A program made the position numbers and the translations under genes. 64,000 nucleotides of DNA from Deferribacterales bacterium (GTDB lineage Bacteria; Chrysiogenota; Deferribacteres; Deferribacterales; Geovibrionaceae): NCBI GenBank assembly GCA_050251945.1, contig JBFWLW010000004.1:203821-267820 (forward strand). Reading direction: 5' to 3'. The notes under the pieces are model-generated. The model saw only the letters and a list, made by a program, of their open reading frames with translations, did no database searches and was not told the DNA's origin. Each line of letters begins with the position of its first letter. Position 1 is the first letter of the stretch. Shown here piece by piece: positions 42,109 through 51,241 of the stretch.

Positions 42109-42701
42109 TTTGCGCTCCCTGTGAATCCTTTGATAAAGGTGTCTATAGCTAAGTGTATCAATTTATCCGCCTGTTCCCACGGGAAATTGTGATTTTGTAT
42201 CAGGTTGGAAACTATGCCGTGCATGGAACCCCACATCACCTGAACGGCCGCCTGCGGTTCTTCCGATACCTGTGAGGCTATTTCAAGCACCATTCCGTAT
42301 GCTCTCATCCCGTTCGCGCCGCTCTCAAGAAAACGGAAAAATGTCTTTTCATTGCGCGGGGTCATAAAGGCTATTTTGTAGCTGTCCTGATTTTCCAGTC
42401 CGAATTTTGCATAGGCGAGCATGCACTTTTTCAGGTTTTCTTCCGGAGTGCTGTTCTTGTCGACCGCGGCGGCGATCAGCTCTGCAACCTGCGCGAATAT
42501 TTCATCGCATACACAGAAGATTATCTCGTCCTTGCTTTTGAAATAAGTGTATATCGCGGTGGGGGAATAACCTATCTCCGCCGCCATGCGCCGCATGGAG
42601 AGATTTGCTATGCCTTCTTTCAGAATGGTTCTGCGGGCAACAGCGAGTATCTTTTCTTTCAAGGGTTTATTGGCGTTCTGTCTTATCTTTTTTGCATACA
42701 T
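42105..42701 (-). CDS. TetR-family regulator
   Basis: LSMRRMAAEIGYSPTAIYTYFKSKDEI HTH; ATG at 42701. Confidence 0.92.
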   Translation of the reverse strand: MYAKKIRQNANKPLKEKILAVARRTILKEGIANLSMRRMAAEIGYSPTAIYTYFKSKDEIIFCVCDEIFAQVAELIAAAVDKNSTPEENLKKCMLAYAKFGLENQDSYKIAFMTPRNEKTFFRFLESGANGMRAYGMVLEIASQVSEEPQAAVQVMWGSMHGIVSNLIQNHNFPWEQADKLIHLAIDTFIKGFTGSAK

Positions 42702-42718
42702 ATATGCGCCTCGCGTGG

Positions 42719-42745
42719 TTAACACTGTTAAGTTAACAGTGTTAA
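42719..42745. promoter_or_regulatory. Perfect 13-1-13 palindrome, likely TetR operator
   Basis: TTAACACTGTTAA-G-TTAACAGTGTTAA immediately upstream of the tetR-mfp-rnd operon. Confidence 0.85.
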
Positions 42746-42790
42746 GTTAGCGCGTAAAATAAAATCAGTCAACGGAGAATAGAAAAAATA

Positions 42791-44473
42791 TCAGTTAACA
42801 GCGGGGAGTATTATCTCGAAATTCGCACCCAGAGAGGTGTTAGCGACTGTTATTGTTCCGTTCATGTGATTGTGGATGATAAGCTTTGCCAGATAAAGCC
42901 CCAGACCCGTTCCTTTTCCCTCCTCTTTGGTGGTGAAATACGGGTTGAAAATGTGCGGCTTGACATCCTCGCCGATGCCGCCTCCCGTATCTTCAATGTT
43001 TATTATCACCTGATTGCCGGTCTTGTTCATCCTGACGTGGATATGTCCTTCGGTCTTTTCGCCCGCCTTAATCCGTTCTTCGATGGCGAATATGGAGTTG
43101 TACACCAGATTTGTTATGACCTGCTTAAACTCTCCTCTGTAGCCTTTTACAACGGTTTCGTTGTTGTGCGAGCGGGGTATTTCCGCGATGTTTGCGTTTT
43201 TGATGTTTCTGGTGGGGCTGGAGTAAGATACGAAAGGTTTTATATTCTTCGCCAGCATCTGTATTTCCACAAGACGCAGAAGGGCAACTATCTCGTTGCT
43301 TACGTCAAATTCGCTCTCTTTGTCGTCGGGTTTGAAGAACGTTCTGAAATCGTCGATGGTGGACGACAGATAGTCCAGAGTGCTCATCTGTTTCTCTTCA
43401 AATTCGGCTATCTCTTCATCGTTCAATGTTTTGTCGCGGTAGCTGTCGGCAATGTTCTGCGTACGCAGACCGATTATGTTCAGAGGCTGCCGCCACTGGT
43501 GGGCGATTGCGTTTATCATCATGCCCATATCCGCAAGCTTCTTCTGTTCAAATATTATTTCCTGCTGTTTGCGGATCATGGCGACCTCTTCCTCAACTCT
43601 GGTTGTGAGCTTGGTGTTCAGGTCTTTAAGCTCGTTTTCGAGCCTTTTTATCTTCGTTATATCCTTTGAAACGTTCAGAAGAACCTTTTTGCCTCTGTAT
43701 TCGTGTATGCTGGCAGACATGATTCCGTGAACTATTGTCCCGTCTTTGCGTAAAAAGTCCGCCTCGTAATTATGGCAGAATCCGTATTTTTTCACAGTGT
43801 CGATGAGGTGGTGTCTTGCTTCAGGATTTTTCCAGATGTTGAGGTCGAGTGAGGATTTGCCGACAACCTCTTCCGGAGTGTAACCCATTATCATAGAGAA
43901 TCCGTTATTGATCTGGATATACACACCGCTGTCGATATCGTTAAGGTTTATGGCATCCTGACTGGTTCTGAAAGCGTTTATGAACATTTCTTCGTTCTGG
44001 CGTGCCAGCTCTTCTGATTTTTGCAGTTCATCAACCTTTTTTGAAAGCGCCGCCGTTTTTTCGTCAACAGTTTTTAAAAGATTTTTTTCCAGCTTTACTT
44101 TTTCTGAGATATCAAAGATATAGTTAATCGAAAACTCTTCGCCGTCAATTTTGTGATAGCCTGAGATAATTTCAACGTCTATAACTTTTCCGTATTTGTT
44201 CCTGTGCTGGGTCGCAAACCTGTTCACCATTTTGGTGCGCAGGTATTTTATAAAATTTCCAACCTCTTCCGGAGAGTATGCCGCGTCTATGAAGCTGACA
44301 TGTTTACCCGTCAGCTCATCTTCGGTATAGTCAAGATATTTGGTCACGGCATCGTTGATTTTGAAAATACAACCGCCGGCATCGACCCAGAAAACAGGAA
44401 GATACGGGTTGGACTGAAGAGCTTCAAAATACAGTTTACGGAACGCGTCGTTGTTCTCTATTTTGCTTTTCAC
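42791..44473 (-). CDS. Cytoplasmic PAS-PAS sensor histidine kinase
   Basis: Two PAS domains; H-box AIAHQWRQPLN; N-box NLVYNSIFA; DTGGGI, FTTKEEGKGTGLGL. Confidence 0.9.
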   Translation of the reverse strand: MKSKIENNDAFRKLYFEALQSNPYLPVFWVDAGGCIFKINDAVTKYLDYTEDELTGKHVSFIDAAYSPEEVGNFIKYLRTKMVNRFATQHRNKYGKVIDVEIISGYHKIDGEEFSINYIFDISEKVKLEKNLLKTVDEKTAALSKKVDELQKSEELARQNEEMFINAFRTSQDAINLNDIDSGVYIQINNGFSMIMGYTPEEVVGKSSLDLNIWKNPEARHHLIDTVKKYGFCHNYEADFLRKDGTIVHGIMSASIHEYRGKKVLLNVSKDITKIKRLENELKDLNTKLTTRVEEEVAMIRKQQEIIFEQKKLADMGMMINAIAHQWRQPLNIIGLRTQNIADSYRDKTLNDEEIAEFEEKQMSTLDYLSSTIDDFRTFFKPDDKESEFDVSNEIVALLRLVEIQMLAKNIKPFVSYSSPTRNIKNANIAEIPRSHNNETVVKGYRGEFKQVITNLVYNSIFAIEERIKAGEKTEGHIHVRMNKTGNQVIINIEDTGGGIGEDVKPHIFNPYFTTKEEGKGTGLGLYLAKLIIHNHMNGTITVANTSLGANFEIILPAVN

Positions 44474-44555
44474 AAATCACTCTGTATGGATGCATATAAA
44501 TTGATTATATATCAAATTCACAAATATCACAACAAAGCGATTTTAATGCAATTTT

Positions 44556-45605
44556 TCAGCGTGTCTGTTCAAATTTAGATACTTTCTCCATGGGGTAAAA
44601 AGCGTGAAGCAGTTCCGAAACGTAGGGTGTTATTCCGTTTTTCGGATCCTGCGTATATCTTTCAAACCAGAGACCTGCGACCTTGTTTCTGCCTTCATAA
44701 ACTTTTCTGCTGTTTCTGTCGGCGTACCTTTCGCAGAGTTCCGCAAGGGAGGGAAGTTTCACATATTCAGCCTTAAAGGCTTCCGCTCTGGATTCAAACA
44801 CCTCGCCGCAGTCTTTTGAAAGAATGCTGTTTATATTTTCAGGTTCGAAATAGATGAACATGCCGATATTTTCAGGGTTCTTTTCATCGCATGACGCAAG
44901 CCTGTCTGCCCACTGCCTTTCGGAAAGCAGTTCCTCCGGCATCATATACTGCATTACGCTTGCGGGTATCTGCTTAACATCGTTTTCATCTATCCTGATA
45001 TTTTCCAGCTCCATGGCATTTCCTCTGAAATGGAGCGGATAAACGCTCCTTCTTTGCGGTTTTCCGATATTGTCCAGATCACTGCATAGTTCCTCTATGC
45101 TGTCCAAGTTCTCTTTTGTTATGAAGATCCGCTGTTCAACATTCAGTCCGAGGGCGAAAGCCGCACGCTGTGCGCCGAGCAGATATTCCAGATCGCCTTT
45201 TCGCCTGTTCATATCGTCGTGGAACTGCGCCGTACCGCTCATGGAGAAGATTACCTTCTTAAGCCCGAGTTCCTTGCGCTGTGCCAGCCAGTCGAACATC
45301 TCCGCTTCATTTCTCATTTTCATTCCGCCCATAAGGAGGCTTTCGGAGAGCTTTCCGCACTCTTTGGTCATTTCCAGATACCATTTGTACCGATCAATTG
45401 TCAGGTCATAGTTGCTGGCAAGTTCAAAGCTCACAGCCATACCGTTCGGTTTACTCCATTTCGCATATTTCTCGACTGCTTTTGTGTAGTCTTCCCATTG
45501 GAGAGCCGGCTGGGACTGTTCGCCCTGCAAACAATACCTGCATCTGTGGGCGCATTTCGTAACCCTTCCCCAGACAGTGATCCTTCTGATATTTGTCATG
45601 CTCAT
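44556..45605 (-). CDS. Radical SAM protein of unknown function
   Basis: N-terminal CAHRCRYC (CxxxCxxC) and HDDMNRRKG motif; no C-terminal Cys-rich SPASM domain. Confidence 0.78.
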   Translation of the reverse strand: MSMTNIRRITVWGRVTKCAHRCRYCLQGEQSQPALQWEDYTKAVEKYAKWSKPNGMAVSFELASNYDLTIDRYKWYLEMTKECGKLSESLLMGGMKMRNEAEMFDWLAQRKELGLKKVIFSMSGTAQFHDDMNRRKGDLEYLLGAQRAAFALGLNVEQRIFITKENLDSIEELCSDLDNIGKPQRRSVYPLHFRGNAMELENIRIDENDVKQIPASVMQYMMPEELLSERQWADRLASCDEKNPENIGMFIYFEPENINSILSKDCGEVFESRAEAFKAEYVKLPSLAELCERYADRNSRKVYEGRNKVAGLWFERYTQDPKNGITPYVSELLHAFYPMEKVSKFEQTR

Positions 45606-45811
45606 TTTCCCCCGTTGCATACATCTTGCCGCCGTTTTATTACCGCGTCAAGTACCTGCGGACATTCAATAACGCGATAATAATGTGACGGCTGGAAAAC
45701 CGCCGCTATATGGTATTTGAACAATAACGCATTAAATCTCAGTCCTTTTTTTGTTGAATATTCTACATAATACATATATCTTGTTGGCTGAAAGGTAAAA
45801 GGACGGGCGAT

Positions 45812-46273
45812 ATGTTCTCAATGAAAACGGTATACGGACTTAAAGCATTGCAGTTTCTGGCATCAAAGGGTGCCAGTGAACATGTTCTCATATCAGAGAT
45901 AGCGGAACACGAGAAGATACCTAAAAAATTCCTTGAGACCATCCTGCTCACCCTGAAAAACGAAGGGCTGCTCACCAGCAAGATAGGAAAAGGCGGCGGA
46001 TATCAGCTTGCATTTCCGCCTTCGTCCGTGACGATGGAACGCATCGTTTCTGCCCTTGAAGGTCCTCTGGCGCTTGTACCCTGTGTTTATGAAGAAACAG
46101 GTTCCAAGTGCGAATACTGCGACGACAGCTCTGTCTGCGGAGTGCGCCTTGTCATGTCCGGACTTACGGACGAATTCATCGCCTCATTGCGCGGCAAGAC
46201 GCTTCAGGATATGCAGACTATGACCGACGAGGCGATTCAAAATTCCAACGGTCTGATAAACTATACTATTTGA
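45812..46273 (+). CDS. Rrf2-family regulator (CymR/IscR-like)
   Basis: EIAEHEKIPKKFLETIL, SKIGKGGGYQLA and Cys cluster CVx7CxxCx5C. Confidence 0.88.
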   Translation: MFSMKTVYGLKALQFLASKGASEHVLISEIAEHEKIPKKFLETILLTLKNEGLLTSKIGKGGGYQLAFPPSSVTMERIVSALEGPLALVPCVYEETGSKCEYCDDSSVCGVRLVMSGLTDEFIASLRGKTLQDMQTMTDEAIQNSNGLINYTI

Positions 46274-46742
46274 CTGATCTCATGAATGCTTTCAGATATT
46301 TCATACTGTCCGCGTCTTTAACTGCCACCCAATAGTTGCCTGTATCTTTCATAAAGTAATAGTTGTCCATGCCCATTCCCTGAACCTGTGTAACGCTTAT
46401 GCCGTTAATATTCATTTTCTTCATGTTGCTGAATACCTTGCTCTGAGGCATACTGACGTCCATATCCTTGTAAAGCTGCTGTGCTTTCAGTTTGTTTTCC
46501 GAGAACGACGCCCAGACATAGACGCTTCCGTCGGCACATTTATATTCCGCAGAATAGGCGTCCTTCGCGTCTATCTGCTTTCTGTGGAGATAGGATATCT
46601 CCGTAATCGCTGTTCTGCCTGATCTTTCTGCTATTATGGAACATCCTGCAACGGAAGGTATTTCCGGTTCTTTTTGTGCCGCCTGCGCCGCCCATGCGCA
46701 TAACATCATCATAACTGCAATAAATGAAGCTTTTAAGGTCAT
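46266..46742 (-). CDS. Exported hypothetical protein
   Basis: 158-aa ORF with an AQA-type signal peptide and an upstream GGAGGAG RBS. Confidence 0.7.
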   Translation of the reverse strand: MTLKASFIAVMMMLCAWAAQAAQKEPEIPSVAGCSIIAERSGRTAITEISYLHRKQIDAKDAYSAEYKCADGSVYVWASFSENKLKAQQLYKDMDVSMPQSKVFSNMKKMNINGISVTQVQGMGMDNYYFMKDTGNYWVAVKDADSMKYLKAFMRSVK

Positions 46743-46878
46743 TTCTCCTCCTAAACATTTGTTTTATGCAGATATGACACCGGCTCAATGTAATAGTTCA
46801 CTGAACCTTGACAGCATGGGAGGGCGTATATATTATCTATAAATGCTATCAAAATTCTGATATTTTATTGGTGATCAC

Positions 46879-48003
46879 ATGATCTATTTTGACAACAACG
46901 CAACAACTCCTCTTGCAAAAGAGGTCAAGGAAGAAATGGCGTCCTGTTTCGACATATTCGGCAACCCTTCCAGCCTCCACATCGAGGGGCAGCGATCACG
47001 ACAGGTTATAGACAGAGCGAGAAAACGTGTGGCAGACTTCATTGGCGCGCGTCCCGAAGAGATAGTTTTTACAGGAAGCGGAACCGAGGCGGACAATATA
47101 GCCGTTTCTGGCTTTGCGTTCTCCGAACCGGAGGGTGGTTTCATTACCGCTGCCATAGAACATTCCGCTGTCCTGAAACCGATATGCAGGCTTGAGGACG
47201 AAGGGCGAACAGTGATAAAGCTTCTGCCTGACGACAACGGTAGAATTAACGCGGAACACGCCATGGGAGCCATCAGAAGCATAGACAAGGGGCTTCTTAC
47301 CATCATGACGGCGAATAATGAAACGGGAGTTATTCAGCCCATCAGGGAGCTTGCGGCGGCGGCAAAGGCGAAAGGGCTTCTTGTGCATACCGACGCAGTT
47401 CAGGCGGCAGGGAAGATTCCGCTGAACGTTGACGAACTTGGTGTTGATATGCTGAGTATCTCTGCCCATAAATTCCACGGACCAAAGGGCATAGGCGCTC
47501 TTTATATCAGAGGCGGCGTAAAGATTTCCCCCGTCCATCTTGGCGGAACACAGGAACACGCCATGCGCCCCGGTACGGAAAATATAATCGCCATAGCCGG
47601 AATCGGAATGGCTTGTGAGCTTGCAGGACAAAGCATGTGCAACAGCAGGCTCAGGGATATGTTTGAGGAGATGATCCTTGCATCGGTGCCGGATTCGTTC
47701 GTTAACGGCAAAGACGCACCCCGCGTGCCGAACACATCCAACATCGGTTTCAGAGGGCTTGAAAATCAGGCGATAGTTATAAATCTCGACCTTGAGGACA
47801 TAGCCGCCTCCACGGGCGCGGCTTGCAGCGCGGCGAAAAAGGAAGCGTCACACGTTCTGACGGCGATGTGCATGTCGTCTGAGGAGGCTCGCTCATCGGT
47901 TCGCTTCTCTTTCAGCAGATACAACACCGAAGAGGAGATCGTGACTGCCGTCGAAAAGATACGCGCAACAGTTGAAAGAATGAGGAAAAGACTTGCAAAA
48001 TAA
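46879..48003 (+). CDS. iscS: Cysteine desulfurase (IscS/NifS family)
   Basis: IYFDNNATT, HTDAVQ, SAHKFHGPKG (PLP Lys) and STGAAC (catalytic Cys). Confidence 0.92.
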   Translation: MIYFDNNATTPLAKEVKEEMASCFDIFGNPSSLHIEGQRSRQVIDRARKRVADFIGARPEEIVFTGSGTEADNIAVSGFAFSEPEGGFITAAIEHSAVLKPICRLEDEGRTVIKLLPDDNGRINAEHAMGAIRSIDKGLLTIMTANNETGVIQPIRELAAAAKAKGLLVHTDAVQAAGKIPLNVDELGVDMLSISAHKFHGPKGIGALYIRGGVKISPVHLGGTQEHAMRPGTENIIAIAGIGMACELAGQSMCNSRLRDMFEEMILASVPDSFVNGKDAPRVPNTSNIGFRGLENQAIVINLDLEDIAASTGAACSAAKKEASHVLTAMCMSSEEARSSVRFSFSRYNTEEEIVTAVEKIRATVERMRKRLAK

Positions 48004-49066
48004 ACGTGTTATAGCCGCCATGAGCGGCGGTGTGGATTCTTCTGCGGCGGCTTCAATGCTGGTTGAACAGGGCTACGATGTGATAGGCGTCACAATGAAG
48101 CTCCGTGAATGTTCAGAAACGGAGGAAAGCCCTTCCTGTTGCGGCGTGGACGGCATACTGAAAGCATCCGCCGCATGTGCGAAGCTAGGCATCAGACACT
48201 ATGTCTATGACTGCGTGAAGGATTTCGAGGAGATGATACTCAAGCCCGCATGGGAGGAGTATTCAAACGGCAGAACACCCAGCCCGTGCCTTAACTGTAA
48301 CGAAAAGGTGAAGTTCGGTCTTCTGATGAAATTTGCAGACGAACTCGGTGCCGATTGCATAGCAACGGGTCATTATTCAGGAACGGTCACTGATGAAAAC
48401 GGTGTTATTTGTCTCGTGCGCGGAACAGACAGAAACAAGGATCAGTCTTATTTTCTTGCGGGGCTTTCCCGTGAACAGCTTAAAAGAGTGCTGTTTCCGC
48501 TTGGCGAAATGGTTAAGCCGCAGGTACGGGAGTATGCGAGGATACACGATATTCCCAGTGCTGAAACTCCGGACAGTCAGGACGCGTGCCTTGTGGGCGC
48601 ATTCGGCAGTTTCTCCGAAATGCTCCGCCACAGATTCACTGGCGCTGCGCTTAAAGGGGACGTTGTGGACGAGCAGGGCGTTAAGATAGCCCCCCACGAG
48701 GGCATCCACAGATTCACCGTCGGACAGCGGCGCGGACTCAATCTGAATACCCATAAGAGCTACTGGGTCAAAAATATCTCAGGCAATACGGTAACGGTCA
48801 CTGACACCAGTGAAAATCTTTTCGGCAATTCCCTTATGGCGGATAACATGTCCACCGTATATGACTACGCAGAGGGCGAAACCGTTCGATGTCAGGCACA
48901 GGTGCGCTACAGACAGAAGCCCGTTGACGCTTCATACACATATCTTGGCGGGGGGAAGGGCAGTGTTATCTTTGACGAGCCTGTTTCAGCAATCGCCCCA
49001 GGGCAGGCTGTTGTTATTTACGACGGCGAAAAGGTTCTGGGTCGCGGGCGCATAATCTCTTCTTAA
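47993..49066 (+). CDS. mnmA: tRNA-specific 2-thiouridylase
   Basis: SGGVDS, TPSPCLNCNEKVKF, ATGHY, KDQSYFL, DSQDAC and TVGQRRGL motifs. Confidence 0.95.
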   Translation: MQNKRVIAAMSGGVDSSAAASMLVEQGYDVIGVTMKLRECSETEESPSCCGVDGILKASAACAKLGIRHYVYDCVKDFEEMILKPAWEEYSNGRTPSPCLNCNEKVKFGLLMKFADELGADCIATGHYSGTVTDENGVICLVRGTDRNKDQSYFLAGLSREQLKRVLFPLGEMVKPQVREYARIHDIPSAETPDSQDACLVGAFGSFSEMLRHRFTGAALKGDVVDEQGVKIAPHEGIHRFTVGQRRGLNLNTHKSYWVKNISGNTVTVTDTSENLFGNSLMADNMSTVYDYAEGETVRCQAQVRYRQKPVDASYTYLGGGKGSVIFDEPVSAIAPGQAVVIYDGEKVLGRGRIISS

Positions 49067-49085
49067 CGATCAATTTCAATATAAT

Positions 49086-49168
49086 GAGATTGCTTCGTCA
49101 GTCTGTCGGCTTCCTCGCAATGACTCTATCTGATGTCTTCGCGAGGAGCTGAGCGACGCGGCGATCTC
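49086..49168. repeat. REP-like doublet, copy 4
   Basis: GAGATTGCTTCGTCAG...CTCGCAATGAC and GTCTTCGCGAGGAGCTGAGCGACGCGGCGATCTC. Confidence 0.9.
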
Positions 49169-49198
49169 TTGATTTCCTGCCTTTCTCGTATGCCCTGA

Positions 49199-49223
49199 CA
49201 CGGTTTTCACCGTGCCTTTTTTT
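49199..49223 (+). terminator. Terminator downstream of mnmA
   Basis: CACGG/CCGTG hairpin plus a T-run. Confidence 0.6.
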
Positions 49224-49435
49224 GTCTGAAAACAGTGTCGAAAATTATACATCGGCACGTTCCCCTATGCAGAATAGTCGGCATGGCAACATGCTGAATC
49301 ACCCCTTCGCCATCTCTTTGCTCATCTGCTAAAGTTCTTATATTTAAATCTTTTCGTGCTTCCGGTGCCGTTTTGGAACTACTTGGCATGTTTAATGTTA
49401 ATGTTCAGGAAGAATTAATTTCAGGAGGCGATCTT

Positions 49436-49828
49436 ATGAGAAAGATCATCATGACACTGTCCCTTATCATTTGCGTTGCGGCACTCGCTTTTGCGGCTCC
49501 CCTCAGCATCACCAAGAAAACAGGCAACTACACTGTTGTTTCCGTTTTCGACAAAAATTCTGCGACAACGGGTAAAAACAAGGTGAACATCACCATCAAG
49601 GACGGCGGCAAGGTCGTTGACGGTGCAAAGGTTGCAGTTTATTACTCCATGCCCGCCATGGCAGGTATGCCCGCAATGGAATACAAAGTGATAGCAGACG
49701 GCAAAGGCGGTTTTTATTCCGCAGTGCTTGATCTGGGCATGTCAGGTCCCTGGAACGTGGATGTCAAGTTCGTTCTGCCCGGTTCAAAAGCAGTACAGCA
49801 GGCATCTTATTCAATCGACGCCAGATAA
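49436..49828 (+). CDS. YtkA/FixH-like periplasmic Met-rich protein
   Basis: Signal peptide AFA, YSMPAMAGMPAM and LGMSGPWNV motifs. Confidence 0.8.
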   Translation: MRKIIMTLSLIICVAALAFAAPLSITKKTGNYTVVSVFDKNSATTGKNKVNITIKDGGKVVDGAKVAVYYSMPAMAGMPAMEYKVIADGKGGFYSAVLDLGMSGPWNVDVKFVLPGSKAVQQASYSIDAR

Positions 49829-49879
49829 TCATGCATAGAGGGGAGGGGGATCTCTCCCCTTCTTTTGCGGAGGAAAAAC

Positions 49880-51241
49880 GTGAAGATACAACTTTTTAAC
49901 ATAACAGATTTAACAGATGAGATCGCCGCGTCGCTCTGCTCCTCGCGAAGACGCATAGCCGTCTCTGCGAGCCGGAGGCGAAGCAGTCTGGCTTCTGCTT
50001 TATTATTAGCGGCATTAATTTTAACGGCAGGTGCGGCGAATGCCGAAACGGTGGACGTTGACGCTCTCACCGAAACAGCCGTTTCAAAAAACATAAAACT
50101 GGAATCCATGAAATATGACGTGCGTGCGTCAGAGAGTGCAGAAATCTATTCGGGAAGTCTTACCGACCCTATGGTGAGCCTCGGCTTAGTTAACGAAGGA
50201 ACAAATTATACTGTCGGTCAGGCGGGCATGTCCCGTTATACGGTGATGGTGAGCCAGATGTTTCCGTTCTTCGGAAAACTGGACACAAAACAGACAGAGG
50301 CGAAATACAAAACTCAGGCTCTGCGCGAAAGCGTACGGGCTGAGAAGCTGGAAGTTATCCACGCCGTCAGGTCTCTGTATCTCGACCTTTACACTATTCA
50401 GGAATCGAAAAAACTGCTGAACACAAAGATGAGGCTGATACAGATGACGGAAAGCTCCGCGCAGGCGAAATACAGTTCCGGCATGATGGATTCTAAAGAT
50501 GTCATTATGGTTCAGCGTGAGAAATATATGGTGATGGAAGCCCTTGAGATGATGAACGGGAAAGAGCGTATGCTTAAGACCTCTCTTGCACACATCACCG
50601 GAAAGGATTCTGACGATTTCGGCGAGTTTTCGCTTCTGCCCGAAAAGGATACTGAGCTTGATGTCCAGACGCTTTATAAGATGGCAGTGGAAAGTTCCGT
50701 CACCCTTAAAAGCATGGAGAACGAGGTCAATGCAATGGCGGCGAACGTGAAGATGAAGGAGCTTGAAAAGTATCCCGATTTCACCGTCACACTCGGCTAT
50801 GAACCACGCCCCGGCTACGCCATGTCCGACGTATATTCGGCGAGCATCGGGTTCAATATACCGCTCTATTACAGCACCCGTCAGCTTCCCGCCATAAACG
50901 AGGCGAAGGCTCGGAAGCTGAAAGCGGACACTGTTTACTACAATATGCGCCACGAGCTTAGAAGCATGCTCACGGAGCTTGTTGCCGCGGCAGATTCTTC
51001 AAAACATATAATGGATATATATCAGTCGGGCATATCCGCCAAAGCTGACCAGTCAAGAGACGCCGCCCTTGCCGCGTATAAACAGGGCAGAGGCAACGCA
51101 TCGGACGTTATAGCGGCGGTTGACACGTCTGTTGAATACAAAATGAAATATCTCGAAAAATATTCCGAGAGACAAAAGAGCCTCAGCAGGCTCAACGTAC
51201 TTACTGGAGGAAAGCTCTATGGAACGGTCATCCATGATTAA
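49880..51241 (+). CDS. TolC-family outer-membrane factor (CusC-like)
   Basis: GTG start after a GGAGG RBS; OEP motifs (SQMFPFFGKL, KYPDFTV, FNIPLY); first efflux gene after ytkA. Confidence 0.88.
   Translation: MKIQLFNITDLTDEIAASLCSSRRRIAVSASRRRSSLASALLLAALILTAGAANAETVDVDALTETAVSKNIKLESMKYDVRASESAEIYSGSLTDPMVSLGLVNEGTNYTVGQAGMSRYTVMVSQMFPFFGKLDTKQTEAKYKTQALRESVRAEKLEVIHAVRSLYLDLYTIQESKKLLNTKMRLIQMTESSAQAKYSSGMMDSKDVIMVQREKYMVMEALEMMNGKERMLKTSLAHITGKDSDDFGEFSLLPEKDTELDVQTLYKMAVESSVTLKSMENEVNAMAANVKMKELEKYPDFTVTLGYEPRPGYAMSDVYSASIGFNIPLYYSTRQLPAINEAKARKLKADTVYYNMRHELRSMLTELVAAADSSKHIMDIYQSGISAKADQSRDAALAAYKQGRGNASDVIAAVDTSVEYKMKYLEKYSERQKSLSRLNVLTGGKLYGTVIHD
49919..49989. repeat. REP-like doublet, copy 5, in frame inside the cusC signal peptide
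   Basis: GAG ATC GCC GCG TCG CTC TGC TCC TCG CGA AGA CGC encodes EIAASLCSSRRR (codons 14-25). Confidence 0.88.

Noticed and set aside
49207-49389. 60-aa minus-strand ORF as a regulator remnant
   Set aside because: No RBS or motif; it overlaps a terminator and the probable ytkA promoter region.
49383-49399. sigma54 promoter for the ytkA-cus operon (TTGGCATGTTTAATGTT)
   Set aside because: The -12 position is GT rather than the near-invariant GC.
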